Shown here: in pieces, positions 38,220-50,035 of the stretch
Layout: each line of letters begins with the position of its first letter
How positions within the stretch are numbered: the first letter of the stretch is position 1
Assembly (NCBI GenBank): GCA_038087875.1
Contig: CM075988.1
Location: 9,612,001-9,676,000, forward strand
Direction: 5' to 3'
DNA: 64,000 nucleotides
DNA from: Malacoraja senta
Taxonomy: Eukaryota
Made by a program: the position numbers and the translations under genes
The notes under the pieces: model-generated
Told to the model about the DNA's origin: nothing
What the model saw: only the letters and a program-made list of their open reading frames with translations
Databases searched by the model: none

Positions 38220-39035
38220 GCCATGGGAAAAAACGGACAGGGGGAAGAGGCGAGCGACATAGCCGACAGAAGTCGGGAAAGTCGGGAGTCCGCGGTTAGA
38301 GACCAACCGCCTCTAAACCCCGGTACAGTCGCCAGCGGTGAGCATAGCGACTGTGGACCTGGGGCTGGTGAAAACACAGTCAGTGCCTGTCGGGCAAAAG
38401 ACAAAGTTTAAATCCCAACGGAGGGAGTTCCAGGCAATGAAGAAGCTCCAGGGCTAGGTACTGCTTTCGAGCGTATTGCCCAAATAGAAGCCTTTTTCAT
38501 AGGTTGTTGGAGCAAAGGTTCACTCAGGAAGGAGTGTACTGTAATCCAAGCTGCAGGAGCAGCTTAACAGCACCTGGCTCAGGGCTGATGGAATGCACCC
38601 TCAGGAATGAGGAGCGTGCTACGGGTCATGAGATTTCAGACCCCGACTCTGACGGTGAGGCTGTACAAGGCGATGAAATGCAGCTGCCAGATGTTCCAAC
38701 CCTGGTAGTAGGATTCGCTGCCCCGTCAGGGTCAGGAGAGCCATTAGGAAGAACTGGCCTCCTTAATAAATTACTTGGTTTACCATTAGCTGGAACAGCA
38801 TGAAATGGATGAGACTGCAAGAGTATCTGGAATCAGTTGCAGAGAATATTAAAGCTGCTGGGTTCTGGAATAACTGCTTTTACCAGAATAGCAGGTAACA
38901 ACCAAAAGATGACGAAGTTGCATCAGCAAGCACTGGGGTCGCTCATCAACGCAGGGACGTAGTTGGCGGCCTGCAGCGGGAGCAAGATCCAGTGGGCGTG
39001 CTTCCGGGAGAACCCAGGAATCTTAGGGTACTGAA
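38220..39035 (+). pseudogene. DIRS gag-like ORF1 remnant
   Basis: Broken hydrophilic ORFs between the left terminus and pol; called mainly by position. Confidence 0.5.
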
Positions 39036-40935
39036 ATGACTCAAGAGGTAGGTGGACCTGGTTCTCATGGGAACATACTAACTGGATTAAGTCCAAAAGT
39101 TGGAGGCAGGTTACATTTCTTCTATAATAATTGGAAGAAAATTACTTCAGATGTGGTAATCCTGAATAATATACAAGGATTTCGAATTGAATTCAATCCA
39201 AATTATGATTTGCCTGTTCAGCATGTTCCTAGCCGAACTCTGCACTTTGTACAAAAAGAAGTGATGGAGGTTCAGGTTGCAATTGAAACCCTATATAAAA
39301 AAAGGGGTTATTGAAAAATCAGTCTACCAAAGTCACCAATTTGTGTCAAAAATATTCCCTCGATCAAAAAAGGATGGAGGATGTAGGATTCTTGTAGATT
39401 TGATAAATCTGAATCCTTTTGTGCAATTTAGACATTTTAAAATGGAAACATTTGTGACTGCCAAACAGCTTATTTCAGAAGCATGTTATATGGCAACTAT
39501 AGACTTGAAAGATGCGTATTATTCAGTGTCTGTTCATTCAGAAGATAGGAAGTATCTTAAATTTAAATGGATGAACCAGTTGTGGCAGTTCAAAGCTCTG
39601 CCTAATGGGTTAATATCTGCACTCAGAATATTCACAAAAATTGTAAAAACCAATTCTGGGCTTGCTGAGTAGCCAGGGGCATGTACTAATGGCATATTTG
39701 GATGATGTCTTGATTATAGGAAAGACAAAACAGTCAACAGAAGTATCTGTTGCAGTTGTGAAATCAACTTTTGAAAAGTTGGGGTTTCTAATTCATCCAC
39801 AGAAATCTAGGTTAACACCATGTACCTCTATTAATTATTTGGGGTTCACAATTGATTCAGTCCAAATGAATATCACTTTGCCCAGGGAAAAGGGTGGATT
39901 TGATTAAAGATTGCAGTAATCTCCTAAACAAGCAAAAACCTTCAATTAGACAGGTGGCTCGTGTACTGGGAAAATTAGTAGCAGCATTCCCAGCAGTCCA
40001 ATTTGGACCATTACATTATCAACAGCTGCAGAGACTTAAAGAACAGGCACCGAGAATGCATGTTGGTCATTTTGATAGAACCATGCAACTAACAACAAAT
40101 GCTGTTTCTGGTCTGCAGTGGTGGATTCTACATGTCTCAAGCAGTTCCAGCAAAGTGCTGATTGAACAACCTTCCATGATATTACAAACTGATGCCAGTG
40201 CACCAGGATGGGGTGCAACTGACTTAACATCTAGCTGAGGAGGCAGATGGAATCAGGAAGAGTCATTGTTACTGCAGACATGGGGAATTAACTATTTGGA
40301 GCTTCTAGGATGTTTCTATGGGCTCCAAGCTTATTGTTCTAACACAACTAATAAGCATGTTCAAGTTCAAATTGATAACACAACAGTAGTTGTTTATATT
40401 AATGATATGGAATTAAGTCGGTGTCTTGTGACAAAATGGTTAATCAACTTTGGGCTTGGTGTATTGAAAAGAACATTTGGATTTCAGCTATCTATCTACC
40501 AGGTAGAATGAACGATAGCAGACACCAAGTCACGAAAAGTTCCATGATAATAAAGAATGGATGTTGAATCAAGAGGTATTCAATGATATAGTCATCAGAT
40601 TTGGAATGACCGACATCGACTTGAATCATCAGCTATCGAGATATGTCTCATGGAAACCAGATCCAGGAGCAGTGGCGATTGATGCTTTCTCGCTACATTG
40701 GGGTGGTATGTTTTCATATATATTTCCACCTTTCTGCCTCATAAGCCAATGTTTGCTTAAAATCAGGCAAGATGCTGCTTCAAGGGTATTGGTAGTACCA
40801 GATTGGCCTACACAGCCATGGTATCCGTTGATATTAGAATTAACAACACAAATGTTGATGAAAGTCCCAAAAAAGAGTAATTTATTGCTGCTCCCTGTAC
40901 AGGGGAACAACATCCATTATATGATCGTTTGGATT
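39036..40935 (+). pseudogene. DIRS pol: reverse transcriptase, RNase H and Dam-like methyltransferase domain (frameshifted)
   Basis: VGGRLHFFYNNWKKITSD; KKDGGCRILVDL; IDLKDAYYSV; ALPNG; AYLDD; YLG; LQTDAS..GWG; INYLEL; IDNTT; DAFSLHW..YIFPPF; VVPDWPTQPWYP. Confidence 0.92.
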
Positions 40936-40957
40936 TGTTGATTTGCAGGTTTTAAGA

Positions 40958-41920
40958 ATGCCTTTTCTGGGACGAGGACTGTCTGAGCATACTGTGGACA
41001 TGCTTACTGCAGCCTGGAGGAAGAGCACTCAAAAACAGTACCTTTCTTATATTAAGAAATGGGAAAAGTTCTGGGTACAAAAGAATGTGCAATAAAGTAC
41101 TGCAGATATTTCAAATGTTTAGAATTTCTGTCAAAACTTTATTATGATGAAGGTCTGAGTTGTAGTGCAATTAATTCAGCCAGAAGTGCATTGTCCTCAT
41201 ATTTGGTTCTGGATTCAGAAAGAAACTCAATTGGGTCACACCCAATTGTTTCCAGACTAATGAAAGGAATCTTTAATTCCAAACCACCGAAACCTAGGTA
41301 CGTGACAATCTGGGATGTAAGTGTGGTACTGAAACTACTTCGTGATGGTTATCAAGTGTGTCTTTACCTTTGGTCAAGCTCAGTATGAAAGTATTCATGT
41401 TTATGGCATGAGTGACAGCACAACGAGTGCAAACACTTGGAAAATTACAAATAGATAGTATGGAAGTAACTGAAGACAAGGTTACATTCTATATCTATGA
41501 CCTAATAAAGCAAATTAGGCCAGGTGTGACAGGATTTAAAATTATGCTGGCAGCATATCCAAATGATCCATGTCTTTGTATTAAGACATATTTATTACAA
41601 TACATTGAGGTCACAAAGAATTTGAGAATACGGAAACTGGGTTTTTGATCACACACAAGAAACCACACAAGAGAGTTTCAATACAGACTATTTCCAGATG
41701 GATAAAAGAAGTCTTAACAGCTGCTGGTATTAACACTTATGTTTTTACGTCTCACTCGACTAGGGCAGCAGAAATGTCGGCGGCCAGGGCAAAAGACGGC
41801 CCCGTCGACCATATCCTCGCAGCCGCCGGGTGGTCCAATGAGTTGATGTTTCAACATTTTTACCATCGGCCTATTGTTAATGCGGGGTTGTTTGCAGAAA
41901 CTATTTTAAGTTCTGTGTAA
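40958..41920 (+). pseudogene. DIRS tyrosine recombinase (frameshifted)
   Basis: AINSARSALS, HPIVSRLMKGIFNSKPPKPRY..WDV, TAQRVQT, QTISRWIK, HSTRAA, AAGWS..FQHFY (catalytic R-HxxR-W-Y pattern). Confidence 0.9.
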
Positions 41921-42984
41921 ATTCCTCTGGTTTAAAGGGGATCTGATTCATTTCATTCTTGAAATGAATTACTGCATTTGTGGTACAAATGTTATTATGA
42001 ATGCATGATTGATTATTCTCGTTCCGAGTCAATCTATGCAGTGAGAAGCCGGGATTGATCCACGGCATGAAATCACAAAGCTTTAAAATCTTCACGTAGT
42101 CACTCACGTGACTCCGAAGTAAAATAGTAAGATTAAACGAGAACTTACCTAAGTTTGAAGTTTGATCTTTATTTTATGAGGAGTTACGTAGGTGATTACG
42201 TGCCCGCCACGACCCTACCCTCTATCATAAAGGTCAGATGGAAGTTCTTGTATTACTCGTTTTAGTATGAGACTATATTACTTCGGTTCTTGTTTTTTGT
42301 GATTTCACACCGCTGCTTTGAAGATTGACGCGCAGGCGCACTGACGGGCTTCTTCACGTAATCACCTACGTAACTCCTCATAAAATAAAGATCAAACTTC
42401 AAACTTAGGTAAGTTCTCGTTTAATCTTACTAATCCAAAGCAGTGGGGAGACTATGAAACACGCTCCCAGAGGGAGTGTCTGGAGTGGTTGGGGAGAGTT
42501 GGACAAGTATTTGAGGCAGAAGGATGCTGACCGATTTAGGCAATGAAGGGCAGGAGTGGATTTGAATGGAGCGTGATAGTCAGCATGGATTAAATGGGCC
42601 AAATGGCCTGTTTCTCCGCTATTCAGTGTAGTGGTATGTACATTCAAAAGCGTTCTAATGATAGGAGCTATTCTGAAAAGAAACTATGACATATTTGTTA
42701 GTGAAAAAATAAATTAAAAAATAGTTACCCAAGCTAAATGACTATCCACTGCTTATACTAATTAAATGGTTAAAGAAAAATGTCAAGCTTCCATATAATA
42801 AATTCATTCAATTATAATTTAATATTAAATTGCATTGCACCTTTATGCTTCTTGGCTTCACATAAAATGTCACAATATAATTTCTTAAGCGTTGAAACGG
42901 CAAGAAGACTAGTTATGTGGGAACAAATTCTCTAAAAGCTTCCAACCACCACACACTCTTTTCAAGAGAAAGAATCCGAGAGCC

Positions 42985-43203
42985 ATTGAGCCATAAAGCA
43001 CAGAAGCATGCCCTTCAGCCCAACTTGTCCATGCCAACCAAGATGGACCCATCTAAGCAGTCCCATTTGCCCTCATTTGGCCCACATCCCTTTAAACCTT
43101 TCCTGCCAATGTACCTGTCCAAATGTCTTTTAAATGTTGTAATTGCGCCTCCCTAATTTATTTATTCTGGCAGCTCATTCTATACACCCACCACCTGCTG
43201 TGT
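42985..43203 (-). mobile_element. CR1 3' fragment
   Basis: Reverse copy of the CR1 ORF2 end and 3'UTR. Confidence 0.8.
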
Positions 43204-43585
43204 ATAAAATCATGAGAGGAATAGATTGTGTCGATGCACAGAGTCTCTTGTCCAGAGTCGAGGAATCGAGAACCAGAGGAGATAGGTTTAAGGTGAAGGG
43301 GAAAGATTTGATAGGAATCTGAGGGGTAACCTTTTTACACAAAGGGTGGTGGTTGTATGAAATGAGCTGCCAGAGGATGTAGTTGAGACAGGGTCAATTG
43401 CAACATTTAAGAAACAATTAAACAGGTACATGGATAGGACAGGTTTAGAGGGATATGGGTTAAACGCAGGCAGGTGGGTCTAGCTTAGATGGGACATGTT
43501 GGTCGGTGTGGAAACATTAGGGTGAAGGGCCTGTTTCCATGCTGTGAGACTGTGCTGTGACACTGTGACTCTGTGACTCTGTGAC
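43204..43585 (+). mobile_element. CR1 3' fragment
   Basis: Forward ORF2 end and 3'UTR with (gactctgt)n tail. Confidence 0.85.
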
Positions 43586-44286
43586 CCCCTGTAGGAAAAT
43601 ATCACTTTTCAGATTGCTATTAGATCTTTGCCTTCTCACGTTAAACCTATGTACTTGATTCCCCTGTCCTGGGGGAAAAAATATTACCATTCTATGAATG
43701 TATCCTATGAACAAAGTCCACAAATTCCTTTTCTGCTAACCCCTGAACGTACTTTCACCACACAGAACACAACAGTTCTCAGCAGCACATTCTCAAGTTT
43801 GCAGTGAGGGGTGGACAACGTGCTGACTTACCTAATATTGTCTACATCAGAAAAACAAAACATTATCGAGCACACTGGCACAGCTTGTACACCTGGAGGC
43901 TCAGTGTTCCAGTGACTCAGGTTCAATACTAAGTTCTGGGGCTGTCCGTGTGAAGTTTGCGTGACTGCATTGGCTTCTTCCAGGTGCTATAATTTCCTCA
44001 GACATACCAAAGGTTTGCAGATGGAGGGGTTAGTTCAGGTTTAGGTTTAGGTTTAGATATTGTCAAATGTACCAAGGTACAGTGAAAAGCTTTGTCTTGC
44101 ATGCTATACAAACAGATCGGGTATATCATTACATAGATGTAAGCGATTTGAACTCAATTACACAGATAAAAGAGATTTAGAACAATAAAGTGATAGTATT
44201 GGATGGTAGAAGAGCCTACTCTGGGAAGAGCACACAAAAAGTTGCCAGGCTCCAGTTCCATCTTGGTGAGTTTGCCATTGTTTACT

Positions 44287-44416
44287 GGGCAGCACATTAG
44301 TGAAGCGAAAGAATTGCTGTCCCACAGCACCAGAGACCAGGGTTCGATCCTGACTCCGGGTGCTCCGTATGGAGTTTGTACGTTCGCCCTGTGACCGCAC
44401 GGGTTTGCTCAGGGTG
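44287..44416 (+). mobile_element. SINE 5' half (3' half at 48039-48210)
   Basis: The SINE core reads through when 44417-48038 is removed; GGGTG is duplicated. Confidence 0.85.
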
Positions 44417-44746
44417 AAACATAGAAACATAGAAAGTAGGTGCGAGAGTAGACCACCAGGCCCATCGAGCCCGCACCGCCATTCGCTCATGGCTGAACAC
44501 TAAACAGACACCCTTACCCACAAACAGTAGACACAAGACACAGAACACAAGACACTACCCTCCCCTTTATATCGCTATCACCCCTCTCCACCCCAAGAAC
44601 CGCGTGATCTCCTGGGGGAGGCAAAAAAACGGATAAAAACCCAGGTCCAATTCGGGAAAAAAATCCGGGAAATTCCTCTCCGACCCCAATCCAGGCGATC
44701 GACACTTGTCCAGGAGATCACTCAGGTCTTACTATACTAACCATAC

Positions 44747-47641
44747 CTAGGTCCATATCCCTGCCCTCTCCCCGTAGCCCCTTATCCCCTTGGCAGCTAA
44801 AAAACCATCTATTTTAGATTTAAATATATTTAATGTTTCTGCTTCCACTGCTCCCTGGGGCAGTGAATTCCATAAATTAACCACCCTCTGGGTGAAGAAG
44901 TTCTTCCTCATCTCAGTTTTAAAAGAGCCCCCTCTTATTCTACAACTATGTCCCCTAGTTCTAGTTTCCCCGATCATTGGGAACATCCTCGGTGCATCCA
45001 CCCGATCAAGGCCCCTCACGATCTTATATGTTTCAATGAGATCGCCTCTCATTCTTCTAAACTCCAAAGAGTAGAGTTCCAGCCTACTTAACCTTTCCTC
45101 ATATGTCAATCCCCTCATTGCAGGAATTAATCTTGTAAACCTTCGCTGCACTGCCTCCAGGGCCAGTACATCCTTTCTTAAGTATGGACCCCAGAACTGT
45201 ACACAGTATTCCAAATGTGGTCTCACTAATACTGTGTACAGCTGCAGCAAGACCTCCGTGTTTTTATACTTAATCCCCCTAGCAATAAAGGCCAAAACTC
45301 CATTGGCCTTCCTGATTGCTTGCTGCACCTGCATACTAACTTTTAGTGATTCATGTACTACTACCCCTAGATCCCTTTGCGTTGCATTACAACGCAGCTC
45401 CACCTCATTTAGAAAATAACTTGCCCTATCATTTTTTTTCCCAAAGTGAATGACTTCACATTTATTAGTATTAAATTTCATCTGCCAAGTTGTTGCCCAC
45501 TCACCTAGCTTATCTATATCCTTTTGCAGACTCTTCCTATCCTCCTCATCCCCTACTTTTCCTCCCATTTTTGTATCGTCCGCAAATTTTGATATATTAC
45601 ACTTGGTTCCCTCCTCCAAATCATTTATATAAATTGTGAACAACTGGGGTCCCAGCACCGACCCTTGCGGAACCCCGCTAGTTACCGGTTGCCATCCCGA
45701 GTATGAACCATTTATCCCCACTCTCTGTTTCCTATTTGTTAGCCAATCCTCTACCCATGCTAATATATTACCCCCAATCCCATAATTTTTTATTTTTAGC
45801 AATAGTCTCTTATGTGGCACCTTGTCAAAAGCCTTTTGGAAGTCCAAGTATACCACATCCACCGGTTCCCCTTTATCCACCCGGGTTGTTACTTCCTCAA
45901 AGAATTCGAGCAGATTCGTTAAACAGGACTTCCCCTTCACAAAACCATGCTGGTTCTGTCCGATGAAGTCATGTTTATCCAAGTGCCCCGTTAGTGTTTC
46001 TTTAATAATTGTCTCTAACATTTTACCCACCACCGATGTTAGACTAACCGGTCTATAGTTACCCGCCTTCTGTTTACTTCCTTTTTTAAATATAGGTGTT
46101 ACATTGGCCATTTTCCAATCCACTGGGACCGTTCCTGCCTCCAGGGAGTTTTGGAAAATTATCACCAATGCATCCACAATCCCCACCGCTATCTCCCTCA
46201 AGACCCTTGGATGTAATCCATCAGGCCCAGGGGATTTATCCTCCTTCAGTCTCATTAATTTCCCTAATACCACCTCCTTGGTGATCTTAATAGTATTTAG
46301 CTCCTCCATTCCTACCGCCCCCTGTTTATCCAGCGTTGGAATATTTTTTGTGTCTTCTATGGTGAAGACTGATACAAAATACTCGTTTAATGCCTTTGCC
46401 ATTTCCATGTTCCCCACCAACAACTCTCCAGTCTCACCCTCCAATGGACCAACGTTCACCTTAGCCACCCTTTTTCTTTTTATATAGCTATAAAAACTCT
46501 TACTATTAGTTTTTATGTTGTTCGCTAAATTCCTTTCATAGTCTATTTTCCCCGTCTTAATTAATCTCTTAGTTATTTTTTGCTGACCTTTAAATGCTTC
46601 CCAATCCTCTACCCTCCCACTATCTCTAGCTACCTTATATGCCCTTGCCTTCAGCCGAATACTATCCTTTATAGTTTTACTGAGCCATGGCTGACTGTTC
46701 TTTCCCTTACCCCTTTTTTTCTTCATAGGAATAAATTTTTCTTGAAGGTTATACAGTAGATCCTTAAATGTACACCACTGCTCATGTACCGTCTTATTCT
46801 TGAGTCTGCTATCCCAGTCAACTTTGATCAGCTCAGTCCTCATACCTTCATAATCCCCTTTATTTAGACTAAGTACCCTAGCCTGAGTTTCAACCTGCTC
46901 TCCTTCTATTTGAATATGGAATTCGACCATATTGTGGTCACTTGTTCCCAACGAGTCCCTAACTATGACATTTTTAATTAATCCTGCTTCATTACACAGG
47001 ACCAGATCCAAGATTGCCTCCCTCCTTGTCGGTTCTGTGACATACTGTTCTAGGAACCCGTCTCTAATACATTCTATAAACTCTTCCTCTAGTCTACCCT
47101 GCCCAGTTTGGTTTGCCCAATTAATATGAAAATTGAAGTCCCCCATGATTACAGCAGTTCCCTTTTTACATGCGTCAACTATTTGCAGATTTATGTTCTG
47201 ACTAACAGCGTCACAGCTATTTGGAGGTCTATAAATTACACCCACTAGTGTTTTTTCCCCCTTGTTATTCTCTATCTGTACCCAAGCTGTTTCACTATCC
47301 TGATCCTTCAACGCAATATCCTTCCTCTCTATTGCCGTTATTCCCTCCCTTATTAAAAGGGCCACCCCTCCTCCCTTTCTTTCCTGTCTATCTTTTCTAA
47401 TTGTCGAGTACCCCTCTATATTTAACTCCCAATCCTGATCCCCTTGCAGCCATGTCTCCGTAATGGCCACGATATCATAACTATATGTACTTAATTGCAC
47501 CGTTAATTCATTTATCTTATTTCGAATACTCCGTGCATTTAGATACAGCACTTTCAGATGATTTTTACTACCCTTCCTTTCTGTTTTTGCCCCTTTTACA
47601 TCTAGAGCTTTATCTTCACACATTCTGGATCCTCCTGTCAC
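44747..47641 (-). CDS. CR1 ORF2 protein (APE endonuclease plus reverse transcriptase)
   Basis: 964 codons without a stop (first ATG at 47623); YLNARS, ITETW, GDFN, SDH; NYRPVSL, YLDFQKAFDKV, GVPQGSVLGP, FADD. Confidence 0.95.
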   Translation of the reverse strand: MTGGSRMCEDKALDVKGAKTERKGSKNHLKVLYLNARSIRNKINELTVQLSTYSYDIVAITETWLQGDQDWELNIEGYSTIRKDRQERKGGGVALLIREGITAIERKDIALKDQDSETAWVQIENNKGEKTLVGVIYRPPNSCDAVSQNINLQIVDACKKGTAVIMGDFNFHINWANQTGQGRLEEEFIECIRDGFLEQYVTEPTRREAILDLVLCNEAGLIKNVIVRDSLGTSDHNMVEFHIQIEGEQVETQARVLSLNKGDYEGMRTELIKVDWDSRLKNKTVHEQWCTFKDLLYNLQEKFIPMKKKRGKGKNSQPWLSKTIKDSIRLKARAYKVARDSGRVEDWEAFKGQQKITKRLIKTGKIDYERNLANNIKTNSKSFYSYIKRKRVAKVNVGPLEGETGELLVGNMEMAKALNEYFVSVFTIEDTKNIPTLDKQGAVGMEELNTIKITKEVVLGKLMRLKEDKSPGPDGLHPRVLREIAVGIVDALVIIFQNSLEAGTVPVDWKMANVTPIFKKGSKQKAGNYRPVSLTSVVGKMLETIIKETLTGHLDKHDFIGQNQHGFVKGKSCLTNLLEFFEEVTTRVDKGEPVDVVYLDFQKAFDKVPHKRLLLKIKNYGIGGNILAWVEDWLTNRKQRVGINGSYSGWQPVTSGVPQGSVLGPQLFTIYINDLEEGTKCNISKFADDTKMGGKVGDEEDRKSLQKDIDKLGEWATTWQMKFNTNKCEVIHFGKKNDRASYFLNEVELRCNATQRDLGVVVHESLKVSMQVQQAIRKANGVLAFIARGIKYKNTEVLLQLYTVLVRPHLEYCVQFWGPYLRKDVLALEAVQRRFTRLIPAMRGLTYEERLSRLELYSLEFRRMRGDLIETYKIVRGLDRVDAPRMFPMIGETRTRGHSCRIRGGSFKTEMRKNFFTQRVVNLWNSLPQGAVEAETLNIFKSKIDGFLAAKGIRGYGERAGIWT

Positions 47642-47730
47642 ATTTTGATTTTCCGTTTCCCCACTGATACCCTGCTCTATTTCCTCTACCCCTGCCGTTA
47701 TTACCCCCCTTGATACCTCCCCCCCGCTAC

Positions 47731-48033
47731 TTAGTTTAAAGACCTCTCTACTGCCCTAGTTATATGATTTGCCAGGACCCCAGTCCCAGCACCGTTCAGG
47801 TGAAGTCCGTCCTTACAGAACAGATCCCCCCTGTCCCAGTACTGGTGCCAGTGGCCCAAGAAACCAAACCCATTTTTCCCACACCAGTCTTTGAGCCACG
47901 CATTCAGCTTTTTAATTTTTCGTACCCTCGCCGATTTGGCCCGTGGCTCAGGTAGCAATCCGGAGATCAGTACCCTCGAGGTTCTGCTTTTTAATTTATT
48001 CCCTAACTGCTCAAACTCGTTCAGCAGATCCTC
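47731..48033 (-). pseudogene. CR1 ORF1 C-terminal part (SGNH esterase-like), 5'-truncated
   Basis: LLPEPRA..LNAWLKDWCGKNGFGFLGHW..LFCKDGLHLN (DxxH motif). Confidence 0.85.
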
Positions 48034-48313
48034 CTAGTGGGTGCTCCGGTTTCCTCCCACATTCCAAAGATGTGCAGGTTTGTTGGTTAATTGGCTTCAG
48101 TAAATTGTCCCTAGAGTGTAGGATAGAACTAGTGTATGGGGTGATCGTTGGTCGATGCCAAAGGGCCTGTTTCCACATTGATTCTCTAAAACTAAAACTA
48201 AAACTAAAAAAATAAAATAGTAAATTGGTCTATAGAGTTAGGGTGAAGCGTAGAAATGAGGGAGGATCAATTGGAAAGTTGAATTAGTGTAAGTTCAGTG
48301 TAGATAAATGCTT

Positions 48314-49488
48314 TTAATTTTATTTTTATTTTTTTATTTTTATTAGAAGTATTGTACAGTGCAATAATCTCAAACAAACTTAAAATTATACATTTCTTGT
48401 ACCACTTCTTATTTTAAACTTTAATAAGAAAAAGGATAGAAAGAGTTAGCAGAGATAGTAAGTGAGTGAGTGAAAGAGTGGTCCAAGAAACCCCATAGGG
48501 ACCTAAACCACAAGCAAGAGTTAAACAAAAAGAAAAAACCAAAAGAAGGAAAAAGAAAAAAAAGAAAGTAAGATAAGATAAGACAATATAAAAGGGATGT
48601 ACCTACTTCATATCTTTACTCGCCCCTCACCAGGTCCTGAAACCATTTATTATCAACATTTTGTTGCACCCTATGTTTGTAATAAGTCGATAAATGGAAA
48701 CCAAATCTTTTGGAAATGGTCTGGTTTACCTGCTAAGAGGAATCTCATATCTTCTAGGTGTAACAGCTCCGACATATTAGAAATCCACATTTTTATCGTT
48801 GGCGTGGGAGCGTTTTTCCAAAATTTCAGTATACGTTTTTTGCCATTATTAAGCCATAATTAAGAAAGCTCCTTTGAAACTAAGTCAGCTCCAAACTGGC
48901 TTTGATTGTTCCAAAAATGATCAGTTCTGCATTCGGCTTCAGTTTTATTTTAAATAATTTCGTGAAAATTTCAAAGATTTCATTCCAAAATTTTTGAATT
49001 TTTACACAAAAAACAAAAGAATGTGCTATAGTTGCTTCTTGGGTTAGACATTTATCACAGATTGAAGAGACATTCGGGTAAAATTTACTTATTTTAGCTT
49101 TTGAATAGTATAATCTATCTAAAACATTTATATTGAATTAGAATGTGTTTTACGTTAATCGAGCATTTATGCACATATAACAAGTGCTTATCCCAACTCT
49201 CTTTCGAGATTTTTATAGCTAGTTCTTGTTCCCAATCTCTTCTAATCCTATCGGATGATGGTATTTCTATATTTAGAATGGTATTATACAGGTATGATAT
49301 TAAATTAGTTGATTCCGCTTTTATTGTCTCATCTAATAGGTCTGGAGATATTTTGATATTCTTGTGTATAGTCACGTATTTGAAAATATTTAAAATATTG
49401 ATTACTACTCAAGTTGTATTTAAGTTGTAGTTGGTGAAATGATAAAAAAAACGTCCATTATCATACATGTCTCCAAACGTTTTAATTC
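48314..49488 (-). mobile_element. L1 LINE 3' fragment with poly(A) tail and 16-bp TSD
   Basis: TSD GTGTAGATAAATGCTT at 48298-48313 and 49489-49504; WEQEL..W..VHKCSIN, CDKC..HSFVFC zinc knuckle; T-rich tail. Confidence 0.9.
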
Positions 49489-50035
49489 GTGTAGATAAAT
49501 GCTTGACAGTCAATCTGAACTCAATTGGTTGAAGGGGTTTTCTCGTTATGTGTGACCGTGATCTCCATGACTCTTTAAAGTATCATTGTGTCGGATATTG
49601 TCAGGGCCGATGTAGTGAGTCACCAAAAGGTACATTTGTAAATGGGGTTCTCCTCTGAATTATTCTGCTATTGTGATGTAAAGGAAAGACAGGCATATTG
49701 TGCAGTTAGGATTTTGTCACTTCAAAAAAGTGTTGAATTTGACCATGATCTGGGGCAGTGCTGAGGGAGGGGTGCTGGTGGCAGGGATTAGCTAGCAAAC
49801 TAATCCCTGTTAATCCCTGCCAAAAATTAGTAAACAAATAGAAGAAAGAAAACAGGCCGACCAGAACTTTATTCAATTAATCACGTGGTTCAGTTGAATT
49901 GTGGATTTGCACAAATCACTTTCAAGGCAGAGTGGGAAAATTGCTCTCATCCAAGCAGCCAGTCCAAACTATTTGTGATAATGTGGAGGTGGCAATTAAT
50001 ACACTACCCTTCATCTACAGATACTTAAATTGATA

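Larger units (their letters stand above)
38010..42432 (+). mobile_element. DIRS-type tyrosine-recombinase retrotransposon, full-length and decayed
   Basis: Inverted terminal segment 38038-38072 vs 42326-42360; internal complementary region 42089-42202 matching both termini; gag-RT-RH-MT-YR order; no TSD. Confidence 0.95.
44417..48038 (-). mobile_element. Young CR1 LINE, 5'-truncated within ORF1
   Basis: (tttctatg) tail, 3'UTR, intact ORF2, ORF1 3' end; 5-bp TSD GGGTG at 44412-44416 and 48039-48043. Confidence 0.95.

Noticed and set aside
39036..41920. RT + methylase + phage-type integrase as a prokaryotic or viral insert
   Set aside because: Domain order and the ITR/ICR structure are fully explained by a DIRS retrotransposon, and the flanks are host repeats
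44790..47667. Plus-strand ORFs overlapping CR1 ORF2
   Set aside because: Short antisense shadows of the real ORF
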